DNA of 62,983 nucleotides, counting the filler, from Octopus bimaculoides (taxonomy: Eukaryota): NCBI RefSeq assembly GCF_001194135.2. It is 9 parts of 9 records of this genome, joined end to end, with 100 filler letters (N's around TTAATTAATTAA, not from the genome) between each part and the next. Parts side by side here need not be neighbours in the genome. Positions count along the whole stretch, not along the records: positions 24,779 to 29,426 come from NC_068981.1; positions 29,527 to 39,664 come from NC_068993.1; 7 more parts are not named here. One strand, 5' to 3'. The notes under the pieces are model-generated. The model searched no databases. It was not told where the DNA came from and saw only the letters and a program-made list of their open reading frames with translations. Below are positions 24,849 to 38,174 of this stretch, one piece after another (position 1 is the first letter of the stretch; every line of letters starts with the position of its first letter). A program made the position numbers and the translations under genes.

Positions 24849-24908
24849 GATGTACACACCTCTGATGAAAACCCAATAAGATTCGAAAATCGATTTAGGT
24901 TGCTCATC
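24849..24908 (+). ncRNA. Decayed minimal type-I hammerhead motif
   Basis: ACCU-CUGAUGA-(AAACC caaUaa GAUUC)-GAAA-palindrome AAUCGAUU-U-AGGU, with a stem I extension GAUG/CAUC. Confidence 0.55.
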
Positions 24909-25064
24909 ATTTTTCAATCTACGGACAAACAGCTAAATTAGCCATGTTTATATAGGTTACACACGCGCACACTCACACATACGTATACATATGCATATAC
25001 ATATATATTTATATCCGTGTGTATATATATATATTATGTATATATATATACAAACATGCATGCA

Positions 25065-25116
<52 letters not shown>

Positions 25117-25341
25117 GTATAGACAGGCCGATTTATAGATATACAGATAGATAGTTAATAATAACTAGTTTAGGTTTCAGAATTTATCTGTAATTACTCA
25201 GAGTTAGATAGGTGAATGTTATGTACAATCGTAATGTTCCTTGCACTTCCTAGATGGTTAATCGCGTCACCAGTCCCTATTCTGGCACCGATTTTCTATA
25301 TATCGCTAGCGGAGAGATGACTTGCTGCTATTTCTAACGGT

Positions 25342-25400
25342 CGAGTATCCATCACCGATGAGATCAAAGGAGATCAAAATGACGTTACCTGGTGGTCTCG
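25342..25400 (+). ncRNA. Decayed type-I hammerhead motif
   Basis: CGAG-UAU-CCAUCA-CCGAUGA-GAUC(aaagga)GAUC-AAAA-UGACGUUAC-C-UGGUGG-U-CUCG. The register is exact, with three core transitions. Confidence 0.5.
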
Positions 25401-26172
25401 GGGCTGGTGGGGAGTTATCTCCCCGATGGCGGTATAAACAAACAATCGTGCTTTCTGCACAACAAGGCTAAATGAGTTTCTCTCATGTTGAATATAGCAG
25501 TAAAGTTTGTTCAAACAGAATAATCATGTTTAACTGCACCGGTTTGAATATATAACAAATAAAAAACTTTTAGGTGTAAATTCTAAATCTCGTACGAATC
25601 TAATAAATTAGGATTTGTCTTACGTAATTCAATATATGTAGGTGTTGAGTCTAAAATGTATCAATAAAAATAAGATGTGAATATTGAATGGTTAGTGTTG
25701 TGAATATAATTAATATTTATGAGTATGTTAAAGTACAAAAAGGGACTATTTAATATGTGCAGCGTATTTTATTTGAATACGATGATTATAGAAATAAAAT
25801 CTGGATCGGATAGGTATCGTATAAAAATAAACAAGCAAACACACATATATATTATATACGCGTATAATATATATATATATANNNNNNNNNNNNNNNNNNN
25901 NNNNNNNNNNNNNNNNNNNNNNNNNNNNNNNNNNNNNNNNNNNNNNNNNNNNNNNNNNNNNNNNNNNNNNNNNNNNNNNNNNNNNNNNNNNNNNNNNNNN
26001 NNNNNNNNNNNNNNNNNNNNNNNNNNNNNNNNNNNNNNNNNNNNNNNNNNNNNNNNNNNNNNNNNNNNNNNNNNNNNNNNNNNNNNNNNNNNNNNNNNNN
26101 NNNNNNNNNNNNNNNNNNNNNNNNNNNNNNNNNNNNNNNNNNNNNNNNNNNNNNNNNNNNNNNNNNNNNNNN

Positions 26173-26255
<83 letters not shown>

Positions 26256-26943
26256 ATTTCTTTTCAACCACTTCGTATCATTCATTTTCCTATCGTCTTT
26301 CCACATTCATTTATTTATGTGAGGAAGGACTGGCGTGCGAAACGTCTCGGGTTTTCCTTTTGTTTTAAGTATGAAGCTAATACATTATTATAATATAAGC
26401 ATGCATATGCATATATTATGTATTTTATATATGTATTGCTTGTATGTATGTATCTTTGTATGCATGTATGTATGCGTATGTATGTATATATAAGTGTGTG
26501 TTTGTGCGGGTGTGCCTTCTTTCAGTATCTAACTCCTTGACTAAATATATCTACATAGTTGCCTTGATGTTCATCAGTTTGTATAAGCGAAAATAGCGGA
26601 ACACATTCACATCCAGGGCTCAATATATGCGCTCGTACGTAATCACACACACACACATACAAACACAAACAGATACATGGACACATAATATCAGAAAGTA
26701 AAAATGAGACGAAGGATAAAAAAGAAAGGTATCATGTTTATCAAATTATGTAGACTGCAATAAAGATATTTTATCAAATATTTGTAAATAGATTCGGGAA
26801 TAATACTACCATATATTTCAACAAACCTGAGAACGTATAGATATATGATGGATTTGATCAGCTTTATTTTTTATTTCTTTTACACACTCATACACACACA
26901 GCATCACGCGTGTATATATGAATGAATGTGCATATACGAGCAC

Positions 26944-26990
<47 letters not shown>

Positions 26991-27263
26991 TATACATAGA
27001 AAGGAAAGGCCGGAGAGAAAGGCCGGGGAGAGAGAGAGAGAGAGGGAGAGAGAAGGAGGGAGCGAGAGAAAATTTAGTGCAGTAAATTATTTGATCGTGA
27101 AAAATATAAATTTCATTATTCTCATTCACTAGAGACGTTTATGAAANNNNNNNNNNNNNNNNNNNNNNNNNNNNNNNNNNNNNNNNNNNNNNNNNNNNNN
27201 NNNNNNNNNNNNNNNNNNNNNNNNNNNNNNNNNNNNNNNNNNNNATATATATATATATATATA

Positions 27264-27640
27264 GGCATGGCTCTGTGGTAAGAAGGTTGCTTTTCACCCA
27301 CATGTTTCCGGGTTCAGTTCCACTTCATGGTACCTTGGGCAAGTGTCTTATACTATATAGCCTTATGAATGGATTTGGTAGACCAAAACTGAAAGACGCC
27401 CGTCGTATATAATGTATGCATATGCCTCTCTGTGTGTGTCTTTGTGTCTATTTTAGTTCCCCACCACAGCTTGACAACTGGTGTTTGTGTGTTCATGTCC
27501 CCGTATCTTAGTGGTTCGGGGAAAAGAGACCAAAAAGATAAGTACTAAGCTTTAAGAAATAAGTACTGGGTCCGATTCCTTCGATTAATACCCTTCAAAG
27601 CGTTGCCGTATCATGGCTGCATTTAAATGGATGAAAGAAT
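27264..27640 (+). mobile_element. SINE family B, full length
   Basis: Head, core and tail. Confidence 0.88.
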
Positions 27641-27669
27641 TAATACAGAACTATATATATATATATATA

Positions 27670-28092
27670 TACAGTGGCACGTAAATAGCACCATTTGAGC
27701 GTGATCGTTACCAGCGTCGCCTTCCTGGCACTNNNNNNNNNNACGTAAATAGCACCATTTGAGCGTGATCGTTACCAGCGTCGCCTTCCTGGCACTTGTG
27801 CCGGTGGCACGTGAAAAGACATTCGAGTGAGGTTGTTGCCAGTGCCGCTGGACTGGTTCCTGTACAGGAGGCATGTAAAATACACCGTTTTCAGCGTGGC
27901 CGTTGCTAGTACCGCCTGACTGGCCTTCGTGCCGGTGGCACGTAAAAGCATCCACTACACTCTCGGAGTGGTTGGCGTTAGGAAGGGCATCCACCTGTAG
28001 AGACTAGTGTAGCCTTCTGGTTCACCATCCTCAGTCAAATCTTCAAGCCCATGCTAGCATGGAAAGCGAACGTTAAACGATGATGATGATGA
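27670..28092 (+). mobile_element. RTE-clade LINE-like 3' tail with tandem modules
   Basis: Same family as 13160-13555. Confidence 0.7.
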
Positions 28093-28748
28093 TATAGTTA
28101 TATCTTACACTAGCAGAGCTAGTGTTGAACACATTATCGACCGGTCGTACACAATGTACGTGTTCTTATTTGTTCACCGGTTCGCTGTGGAATAGCGCCT
28201 GGAGGACGACTCCTTCATTACGATGAGTGTTAAAATACCTTGAAGTCATAGACAGGCGAGAGAAGACGCTTCCGATCGAATTCAACTGTGATGGATATCA
28301 TGTGTATGTGTGTTCGATTTTTTTTTTCTTATATTCCTCGACCTGCTTTTCAATCATATTTGAATTTTTTCCGTGGCATAAAACGTTGGGACATACCAGC
28401 TGATGCTTCTTACACCATTGTTCATATCGTCATAGACAGCGATTTTGCTTGCATGAGGCCTCGTTTCGTGTACGTGGTATTGAAAAGTCACAAAAATGAA
28501 GAGGCATCGATGCCCATCGCACCTGAATGGATCTAGTGTGAGTTATATCGCTTATCTATGACGACTTCCAGGTCTTTTAACACCAGACGCATGAAGAGAA
28601 TATATTCTCTTACGCCTACAAGCGCAGCCTACCCACGAACTAGTAAAACACCTTGTGTATGTGTGTTTGATATTGTTTCTATCCCTGGAGCTGCTTTTGA
28701 TGATTCACATATTTGAAGTTTTACCTTGTGTAAGTGTGTTAGATATTG

Positions 28749-28792
<44 letters not shown>

Positions 28793-29587
28793 AATATAAT
28801 ATAATATAATATAATATAATAAATATATATATAAAATTAAAAATTGAAACATTGCACAGAAGGATGGCAAAAGAAGAAGCAAAATATTCATACGCAAGGC
28901 GTAGACATCGTTTTTATTCATCAGATATCGTACGTGAATCTTAACAATTTTACGCTTTTAGCGATAATATTACTCATCTTGTTGGTTAAGCAAATGAAGA
29001 AAGACTGAGAGGAAAGGTGGAATGGTTACATGGTACCGAGAAGGGAAGCGAGAGAATGAAGAGAGAAAGGAAGAAAATAAGAGAAAACAAGTAGTGAATG
29101 GCAGAGAAAACAGACCGAAGTGCAAATGGAATCAAAGAAACGGGAAAAAGGGCAGATATAAAGAAGTAAATGCAGAAGGTGATAGATGAGACAGTAAAGT
29201 AAAAGAAGGAAATAAAGGGGTGGTGTACAGAGCAAGAGAGAAGGAGGGAGAATGGGAAAGTAAAAGGGGCAAGCAGACAAAGCGTAGGCGTATGGCTTAG
29301 TAGTTGCAGCGTTAAACACATGGTCGTAAAATCTTGATTTCTAGACCGGGTGGTACGTTGTGTTCTTGAGCAAACAATTCAATTTCCGTTACTCCAGTCC
29401 ACTTCTTGGCAAAAAAAAAAAAAAAANNNNNNNNNNNNNNNNNNNNNNNNNNNNNNNNNNNNNNNNNNNNTTAATTAATTAANNNNNNNNNNNNNNNNNN
29501 NNNNNNNNNNNNNNNNNNNNNNNNNNATATATATATATATATACGCGTATATATATATATATATATGTAGGTATACATACATTATAT

Positions 29588-29845
29588 AGGAGTGGTTGTG
29601 TGCTAAGTAACTTGCTTACCAACCACATAATTCAGAGTTCAGTCCCACTGCATGGCATCTTGGGCAAGTATCTTCTGTTATAGCCTCGAGCCAACCAAAG
29701 GCTTGTGAGTGGATTTGGTAGACGGAAACTGAAAGAAGCCCGTCGAATATGTCTGTGTGTGTGTGTGTGTGTCTGTCTGTCTGTGTTCTTCCCCCATCAT
29801 CGCTTGACAACCGATGCTGGTGTGTTTACGTCCCCGTAACTTATG
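29588..29845 (+). mobile_element. SINE family B, 3'-truncated
   Basis: Head, core and start of the tail. Confidence 0.88.
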
Positions 29846-29956
29846 GTTTGTTATTTTGTGAACTTTGAATCCATACCTGATGTTATTTAGTTCGTTTGAG
29901 AGTGGGATCAATGCCATGCAAAAGAGTAATGGGGAGTTTATCCTAATTATTATTAT

Positions 29957-30002
<46 letters not shown>

Positions 30003-30531
30003 GAGTAGTACACGCCATCAAAGTGGCACTGGAGTACAAATGTACGAAGCCCGTCGTGGCTACACGTTTTATAAGGGACACCGGACACATGCATCACAAC
30101 CATATGTGCACAGTATAGTAATCTTATATCAAGATACTCAGCGCACAAACTTGCAGGTGGGGCCCAGTTACAATTTTCTTCAAAGGTCCATGAATAAGGT
30201 TTGTTTAAGGATAATGAACGAAACACCTACGTTTCCAGGAATGAATTATTCAAATTCCAAGGAATCCCTCTCGACACATAGCAACGATGCTCTATCACTA
30301 CCTCTGCTCGTGATCAGAGATGCACATATCGTCAGCCATTAAGGGAGATGCCCAACTGATTAAGTACAAGTAACTGACAAACAAATTTGCGGTATTGTGC
30401 TGAATATTTGCTGTGGCCCATCTTTTACACCAAGACAAAACATGTACATGATAACACTTCCATTCAGTTAAGATCCGAAGCCATGACAACCACTGTTATT
30501 ATCAATATTAATGAATATTATGTGAAACATA

Positions 30532-30892
30532 CAGGTGTTGGACAAAATAAGGGAAACACTTAATATCATAGCACCATAATTTTGAAATATCTATAAAACC
30601 GTCAAAAACTTGTTTATTTATATGTTTTTTTTATTTATTATTAGTGTTGCTTAATATGTTTTGCTAAAATTGCTGTTTCTTTTCAGATATCATTAGAAAA
30701 AGGTAATTAAAATTCATTAACATGACAGATCTATCGGATTTTCAAAGAGGTCAAATTGTTGGTGTTCGTATGGCGGGCGCTAGCGTAATGAAAACAGTCG
30801 AAATATTTGGTGTATCAAGAAGTACTGTTTCGAAAGTAATGACAGCCTTTCAGAAAGAGGGGAAAACCTCCTCATCGAAACAAAACTCCGGT
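30532..30892 (+). mobile_element. Tc1-family transposon 5' end (TIR and N-terminal HTH), cut by a gap
   Basis: TA-CAGGTGTTGGACAAAA TIR and MTDLSDFQRGQIVGVRMAGASVMKTVEIFGVSRSTVSKV. Confidence 0.88.
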
Positions 30893-31502
30893 NNNNNNNN
30901 NNNNNNNNNNNNNNNNNNNNNNNNNNNNNNNNNNNNNNNNNNNNNNNNNNNNNNNNNNNNNNNNNNNNNNNNNNNNNNNNNNNNNNNNNNNNNNNNNNNN
31001 NNNNNNNNNNNNNNNNNNNNNNNNNNNNNNNNNNNNNNNNNNNNNNNNNNNNNNNNNNNNNNNNNNNNNNNNNNNNNNNNNNNNNNNNNNNNNNNNNNNN
31101 NNNNNNNNNNNNNNNNNNNNNNNNNNNNNNNNNNNNNNNNNNNNNNNNNNNNNNNNNNNNNNNNNNNNNNNNNNNNNNNNNNNNNNNNNNNNNNNNNNNN
31201 NNNNNNNNNNNNNNNNNNNNNNNNNNNNNNNNNNNNNNNNNNNNNNNNNNNNNNNNNNNNNNNNNNNNNNNNNNNNNNNNNNNNNNNNNNNNNNNNNNNN
31301 NNNNNNNNNNNNNNNNNNNNNNNNNNNNNNNNNNNNNNNNNNNNNNNNNNNNNNNNNNNNNNNNNNNNNNNNNNNNNNNNNNNNNNNNNNNNNNNNNNNN
31401 NNNNNNNNNNNNNNNNNNNNNNNNNNNNNNNNNNNNNNNNNNNNNNNNNNNNNNNNNNNNNNNNNNNNNNNNNNNNNNNNNNNNNNNNTATATATATATA
31501 TG

Positions 31503-31534
<32 letters not shown>

Positions 31535-32274
31535 TGTATGTATGTATGTATGCATGTATATATGCATGTATGTATGTATATATTTTGTTGCAATTCGGGA
31601 TGGTCATTCTTTTTTCTTTTTTTTTGCCAACACAAATTCATATATGTATATATGTTCCGAAAGGTAAAATATTGACCACGTAAAAGTGGATGTTGAGTTA
31701 GTACGCAGAAATTCTCCGGTGTGTGTATGTGTGTGTGTGCGTGTGCGTGTGCGTGTGAGAGAGAGAGAGAGAGAGAAAAAGAAAGAAAGTGCGTATGTGC
31801 GCATGTGTACATGTTTGTATTTATATGGTGCTTGTCTGTTTGTGACGATTTGTACGTATGTATATGTGCATGCTGTATTGTTCTTTGTGTATTACACAAA
31901 TCTGCAAAACCACTGAATTTTTTAAAAATTTATTTCCTGTCAACCAACCTCCATACAACGTCACCCACTTTTTATGGGGGAATAACTTGAAAACATTCCA
32001 GCAGTTCATTAGTTAATCAAACAGTGTATATCAATGCATCTAACACGCACATATATATATATATATCTATACATATATATACAGACACATATATATACAT
32101 ACATACACATATACATACGTATATATATATATATACATATTGCACATATATATATACATACGTATATATATTACGTTTATATAAATATATATATATTTCT
32201 TAAATATATTCATATACGTATACATATATATATATATACATATATACACACATATACATATACAACACACACAC

Positions 32275-32313
<39 letters not shown>

Positions 32314-32783
32314 NNNNNNNNNNNNNNNNNNNNNNNNNNNNNNNNNNNNNNNNNNNNNNNNNNNNNNNNNNNNNNNNNNNNNNNNNNNNNNNNNNNNNNN
32401 NNNNNNNNNNNNNTTTTTTTTTTTCATTGTGTTTACATTCCGTTTCTATAATTTAAATGTCTCTTATTCTATTTTTTTGGTGTATTCACGGAAAGTAGTT
32501 GCATCTCTAAGACGGTGTGAAGTGTATACCTGACTATACATATGTTTATACATGTACTCCATAGTCATTAATAATATATATTTGCATGCATATGTGTACA
32601 TATGTGTGTATGTGTGTGTGTTTGCATGGATGTATATCTGCGTGTATATTTATGTGTCTGTGTGTGTGCGCGCGCGCGTATACATATATGTATGTACATA
32701 TATATATATAGGTATATCTGTATCTACATAAGTATACATGAACGTATATCTATATGTACATATATATGTATATGAATATATGC

Positions 32784-32845
<62 letters not shown>

Positions 32846-33593
32846 NNNNNNNNNNNNNNNNNNNNNNNNNNNNNNNNNNNNNNNNNNNNNNNNNNNNNNN
32901 NNNNNNNNNNNNNNNNNNNNNNNNNNNNNNNNNNNNNNNNNNNNNNNNNNNNNNNNNNNNNNNNNNNNNNNNNNNNNNNNNNNNNNNNNNNNNNNNNNNN
33001 NNNNNNNNNNNNNNNNNNNNNNNNNNNNNNNNNNNNNNNNNNNNNNNNNNNNNNNNNNNNNNNNNNNNNNNNNNNNNNNNNNNNNNNNNNNNNNNNNNNN
33101 NNNNNNNNNNNNNNNNNNNNNNNNNNNNNNNNNNNNNNNNNNNNNNNNNNNNNNNNNNNNNNNNNNNNNNNNNNNNNNNNNNNNNNNNNNNNNNNNNNNN
33201 NNNNNNNNNNNNNNNNNNNNNNNNNNNNNNNNNNNNNNNNNNNNNNNNNNNNNNNNNNNNNNNNNNNNNNNNNNNNNNNNNNNNNNNNNNNNNNNNNNNN
33301 NNNNNNNNNNNNNNNNNNNNNNNNNNNNNNNNNNNNNNNNNNNNNNNNNNNNNNNNNNNNNNNNNNNNNNNNNNNNNNNNNNNNNNNNNNNNNNNNNNNN
33401 NNNNNNNNNNNNNNNNNNNNNNNNNNNNNNNNNNNNNNNNNNNNNNNNNNNNNNNNNNNNNNNNNNNNNNNNNNNNNNNNNNNNNNNNNNNNNNNNNNNN
33501 NNNNNNNNNNNNNNNNNNNNNNNNNNNNNNNNNNNNNNNNNNNNNNNNNNNNNNNNNNNNNNNNNNNNNNNNNNNNNNNNNNNNNNNNNNNNN

Positions 33594-33633
<40 letters not shown>

Positions 33634-33762
33634 CATACATATACATATATATATGTATACGTATGTATGTATGTATGTATGTATGTATACTGTGGTGGTG
33701 TGCACATATTGGTATCCGTCAATTTGTATTTAGCTCCGACGCCCACACATGTTGTGGCCAAC

Positions 33763-33805
33763 CTGTTCGTCCTTTTCCCTTCTTATTCTCCATAAATTCT
33801 GTCTC
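33763..33805 (-). CDS. Candidate 43-nt exon (RQNLWRIRREKDEQ)
   Basis: Very strong acceptor ctttcattttcttttccag and weak donor CAG|gttggc. Phase 2 in and phase 0 out fits the exon at 18697. Confidence 0.3.
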
Positions 33806-34337
33806 CTGGAAAAGAAAATGAAAGATCAACGCATTATTGGACTGTAAGACACAGAAAACATACGCATATCTACACTTTCACTCAAACTCACATGCACACA
33901 ACACACACTCTCACACACTCACACATGCACACGTACATACATTCACATACACATATACGTACGAATATTCAAACACACACACGCCTATAAAAACGTGTGT
34001 ATGTTTTATCACTTAATGTATGTGTGTATGAGTGTATGGGTGTGTTTGTCTATGACTGTGTGCGTGTGTCTGCGTCCGCGAGTGTGTGTGGGTTCGTGTG
34101 AGTTCATATAAATTATCGTTTACGAATTAACGATATTTATGCATTATAATAGTATAGATTCAAATATCGATATAATGCTACATTTACCAAGATACATATA
34201 TACACATATATACAGGAATACATACATGCACATATTAAGATATATACATACAATATGTATACATCTATATAATATATATATAACATACTATAATATGCAC
34301 GAATGTGAAATAGTGATACAGATATAGACAGATAGAC

Positions 34338-34444
<107 letters not shown>

Positions 34445-34794
34445 TTGATATATGCATGTGTGCGTGTTTGTGTGTGTGTGTGGGGGGGGTCTTTTTGTTT
34501 GTGTTTGTCCTCCAACACCGTTTAACACCCGCTGTCGGTGTGCTTATGACCCTGTAAATTAGCGGTTCGGTAAATGTAACCGATATAAGTACCAGGCTTT
34601 GAAAAAATTATGAAAAGTACTGGGATCTACTCGCTCCCATAAAACAGTTTAAGGAAGTGCCTTAAAGGCTACAGCCTTTGGGTTGAAATGCATAAAAAAA
34701 TAAACAATAAAAGAAGATATACACAAGATATATCCATTATACTATATATAATAGACAGTATATCATATATATATATATATAAAATTCTATTATA

Positions 34795-34988
34795 GGAACA
34801 AGGCCTGAAATTTGCGGGGTGGGAGTAAGTTGATTACATTGACTTCAGTGCATAACTTATTTAATCGACCCTGAAAGGATGAAAGGAAAAGTCGACCTCG
34901 GCGGAATTTGAACTCAGAACATAGCGGCAGACGAAATACTGCTAAGCATTTCACCGGCGTGCTAACGATTCTGCCAACTCGCCACCTT
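34795..34988 (-). mobile_element. SINE family A
   Basis: As the other family A copies. Confidence 0.9.
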
Positions 34989-35131
34989 ATACAAGTATAT
35001 ACAATATACACACACACATGATACGCATATGTGCATTCTTTATACACACACACACACACACACATACTTGTATACATACATAGGCATGCACATGCCTATA
35101 CATATAAGTACCCATATATATATACACAAAT

Positions 35132-35542
35132 CAGGGCCGGATTAAGACCCATAGAGGCCCTAAGCACTTAAAAGGTTTTGGTGCCCTCAAATATATGTAA
35201 ATGGTTCAAAATGTAAGCAAAGATAATTCAAAATGAAACAAAATTCGCAATAAGATGGAAAATAATGTTTATTTTTATATGCTTCCATTATATTCATATC
35301 TGAAAAGTTTTCTCCTTCGATTTTTTTTTTTTTAATTACGAAGTGTTCAATGATATCGTAAAAATTCATTTTACGTAAAACGTCTGCTTCTATACTTAGA
35401 AGAGATAAGGCATTACGAATATTATTTTAGCAAGTTTAAAGTGATTTCTTTCGTGCCGTAAACCATTTTCATTTCTGTAGCGCCCCATCCCTTGATGCTC
35501 TAAGCACGTACTTATTTTGCTTAATGGGTTAATCCAGCGCTT
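35132..35542. mobile_element. hAT-type MITE
   Basis: TIR CAGGGCCGGATTAA versus TTAATCCAGCGCTT, with a perfect 8-bp TSD ACACAAAT at 35124-35131 and 35543-35550. Confidence 0.88.
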
Positions 35543-35642
35543 ACACAAATACATGCACACAGGCAGAAACACATACACACAAACGCCCCCCACACACACA
35601 CCCGCACGCGCACACATTTCCTCCACTTTTCCTTCTCCATAC

Positions 35643-35810
35643 AGACTCAGTATTTTTCTATCAGGTGCATGTATAGGACTTTGTAAATTGCTTAACCTCT
35701 TCAGGGGTAGTAAAGCACCCATGATAAGCTGTGGACTGGCACCGACTTGCTGGGAGATGAACCGAATAGCTTTTTCAATGCTCCACACAACTATAAACAC
35801 CGTGGCATTA
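35643..35810 (-). CDS. Candidate exon (NATVFIVVWSIEKAIRFISQQVGASPQLIMGALLPLKRLSNLQSPIHAPDRKILSL); alternative donor at 35697
   Basis: Acceptor ctacttgtag and donors gtatgg or gttaag, phase 2/2. Other frames are open too. Confidence 0.25.
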
Positions 35811-37821
35811 CTACAAGTAGCAGCAGCAGCAGTAGCAGCACTGCTGCTGCCGTTGCTGCCGATGATGATGATGATGATGATGATGATGACGCTGATGATG
35901 CTTCCGCTTCCGCCACCGCATCCCCTGCTGATATTGGTACAACCACCACCACTACTACTACAACATGAGATGGCGGATTTGGAGCTCATCATCACATAGA
36001 CGAGTCTATTAGTGTCAAAACATGACGTATTAACATCTCCCTGACATTGGAGATGAACTAAGGAAGAACCACTGTGTGTTTGTATGTACGTCTAATGTGT
36101 GTGTGTGCGTGTGTGTGTGTGTATGTATGTGTGTGCATGTAAATAAGNNNNNNNNNNNNNNNNNNNNNNNNNNNNNNNNNNNNNNNNNNNNNNNNNNNNN
36201 NNNNNNNNNNNNNNNNNNNNNNNNNNNNNNNNNNNNNNNNNNNNNNNNNNNNNNNNNNNNNNNNNNNNNNNNNNNNNNNNNNNNNNNNNNNNNNNNNNNN
36301 NNNNNNNNNNNNNNNNNNNNNNNNNNNNNNNNNNNNNNNNNNNNNNNNNNNNNNNNNNNNNNNNNNNNNNNNNNNNNNNNNNNNNNNNNNNNNNNNNNNN
36401 NNNNNNNNNNNNNNNNNNNNNNNNNNNNNNNNNNNNNNNNNNNNNNNNNNNNNNNNNNNNNNNNNNNNNNNNNNNNNNNNNNNNNNNNNNNNNNNNNNNN
36501 NNNNNNNNNNNNNNNNNNNNNNNNNNNNNNNNNNNNNNNNNNNNNNNNNNNNNNNNNNNNNNNNNNNNNNNNNNNNNNNNNNNNNNNNNNNNNNNNNNNN
36601 NNNNNNNNNNNNNNNNNNNNNNNNNNNNNNNNNNNNNNNNNNNNNNNNNNNNNNNNNNNNNNNNNNNNNNNNNNNNNNNNNNNNNNNNNNNNNNNNNNNN
36701 NNNNNNNNNNNNNNNNNNNNNNNNNNNNNNNNNNNNNNNNNNNNNNNNNNNNNNNNNNNNNNNNNNNNNNNNNNNNNNNNNNNNNNNNNNNNNNNNNNNN
36801 NNNNNNNNNNNNNNNNNNNNNNNNNNNNNNNNNNNNNNNNNNNNNNNNNNNNNNNNNNNNNNNNNNNNNNNNATATATATATATATATATACATATATAC
36901 ATAAACAAGGGGTGATGGGTAACGTGTCACCATTTTATATTTTTAAATTCGAGCATGTGCATTGTTTGTTTTTGGTTTTGGCGACTACACAGTATAGTAG
37001 GGTCAGTTGGGCAGCGTCTGTGAGAAAAACAGCACCATGACGCAATTCTCCCTGCCAGAAATTTAGAAATGACATGTTATGCAACAGGACATTTGTGCTG
37101 GAAGCTCCAATACGAACATGATCGAATGCACGCGTCATCTTTGCAAGTAAGTTTTAACTTTATATTTCTGACGCGACTCTATCTATCTTTGTATCTTTCT
37201 CTCCCTCTCGTTCTTCCTTCTGTTGTTCTTCACCACTCCCCTTCACTACTATATCTCTCTCTTCCTCCCTGTCTCTCGTTGCTCACCTATGTTCTACTTC
37301 CTCCCCTTTTTTCTCCCTCCACCACTCTTTCTTCTTACCCCTCGCTGGTCACATGTCCGGCTCCTTCTCTTCCTTTCATATCTTAGCTATCGCCAAGCTC
37401 GCACGAACCTTCTTCCTCTCTCTTCCTTCCAGTGTGTCGCTTCACAGCGTTCAGTATACACATATTATTTTCACGTCTGGCCGTATAGTCTTTCTTGTTT
37501 ATTTTCACTGTTTCGTTTTCTTGTCTTGTTTTCTGTCCGCCACTACATTCCTCCACGTTACAAATTTAATTTGTGGTCCGTGGGAAGAGCCATTCTAACA
37601 ATGCGTCCTGCCCTAACTCTTCGAAACGCTTAGTTTTAGAATGGTGGTAGCTGATGAAGGAAATGTTCTCTATGTGGCCTGTGTGTTTTCTGTACTCTGT
37701 TTATCATTTTGTCCACGTTTTTTTGCAACGTCCTATACCCCAGATATGCATCTATATATACATGTAGATGTAGGTATGTACATACATGTACGTATATATG
37801 CATATACTCACATATTATTTG

Positions 37822-37879
<58 letters not shown>

Positions 37880-37983
37880 NNNNNNNNNNNNNNNNNNNNN
37901 NNNNNNNNNNATATATATGCATGCATGTATATACAAGTGAGATAAACGGGAGAAAGTAGTGCTCAACACATTGTGGTTGGGAG

Positions 37984-38037
37984 TTACATCTGATGAGGTG
38001 GACGTGCCCTATGGCCCAAAAACTTTAAGTAATGTAG
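37984..38037 (+). ncRNA. Decayed type-I hammerhead motif
   Basis: UUACAU-CUGAUGA-(weak GG..CC stem II)-AAAAAC (G12 lost)-UUUAA-GUA-AUGUAG. Stem I is 6 bp and stem III is near-palindromic ACUUUAAGU. Confidence 0.5.
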
Positions 38038-38116
38038 AATTGAGTTAAATTATTATTAAATATACATGTATGTGTGCAGTTGTGCGCGCGAGAGAGAAAG
38101 AGAGTGAGAGTGAGAG

Positions 38117-38174
<58 letters not shown>

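Noticed and set aside
26530-26590. Minus-strand CUGAUGA followed by an ACAU/AUGU hairpin
   Set aside because: No GAAA box and a poor stem I; not counted as a hammerhead.
27669-27797. Exact direct repeat of about 54 bp on both sides of a 10-N gap
   Set aside because: Probably an unmerged contig overlap, although the element does have natural tandem modules.
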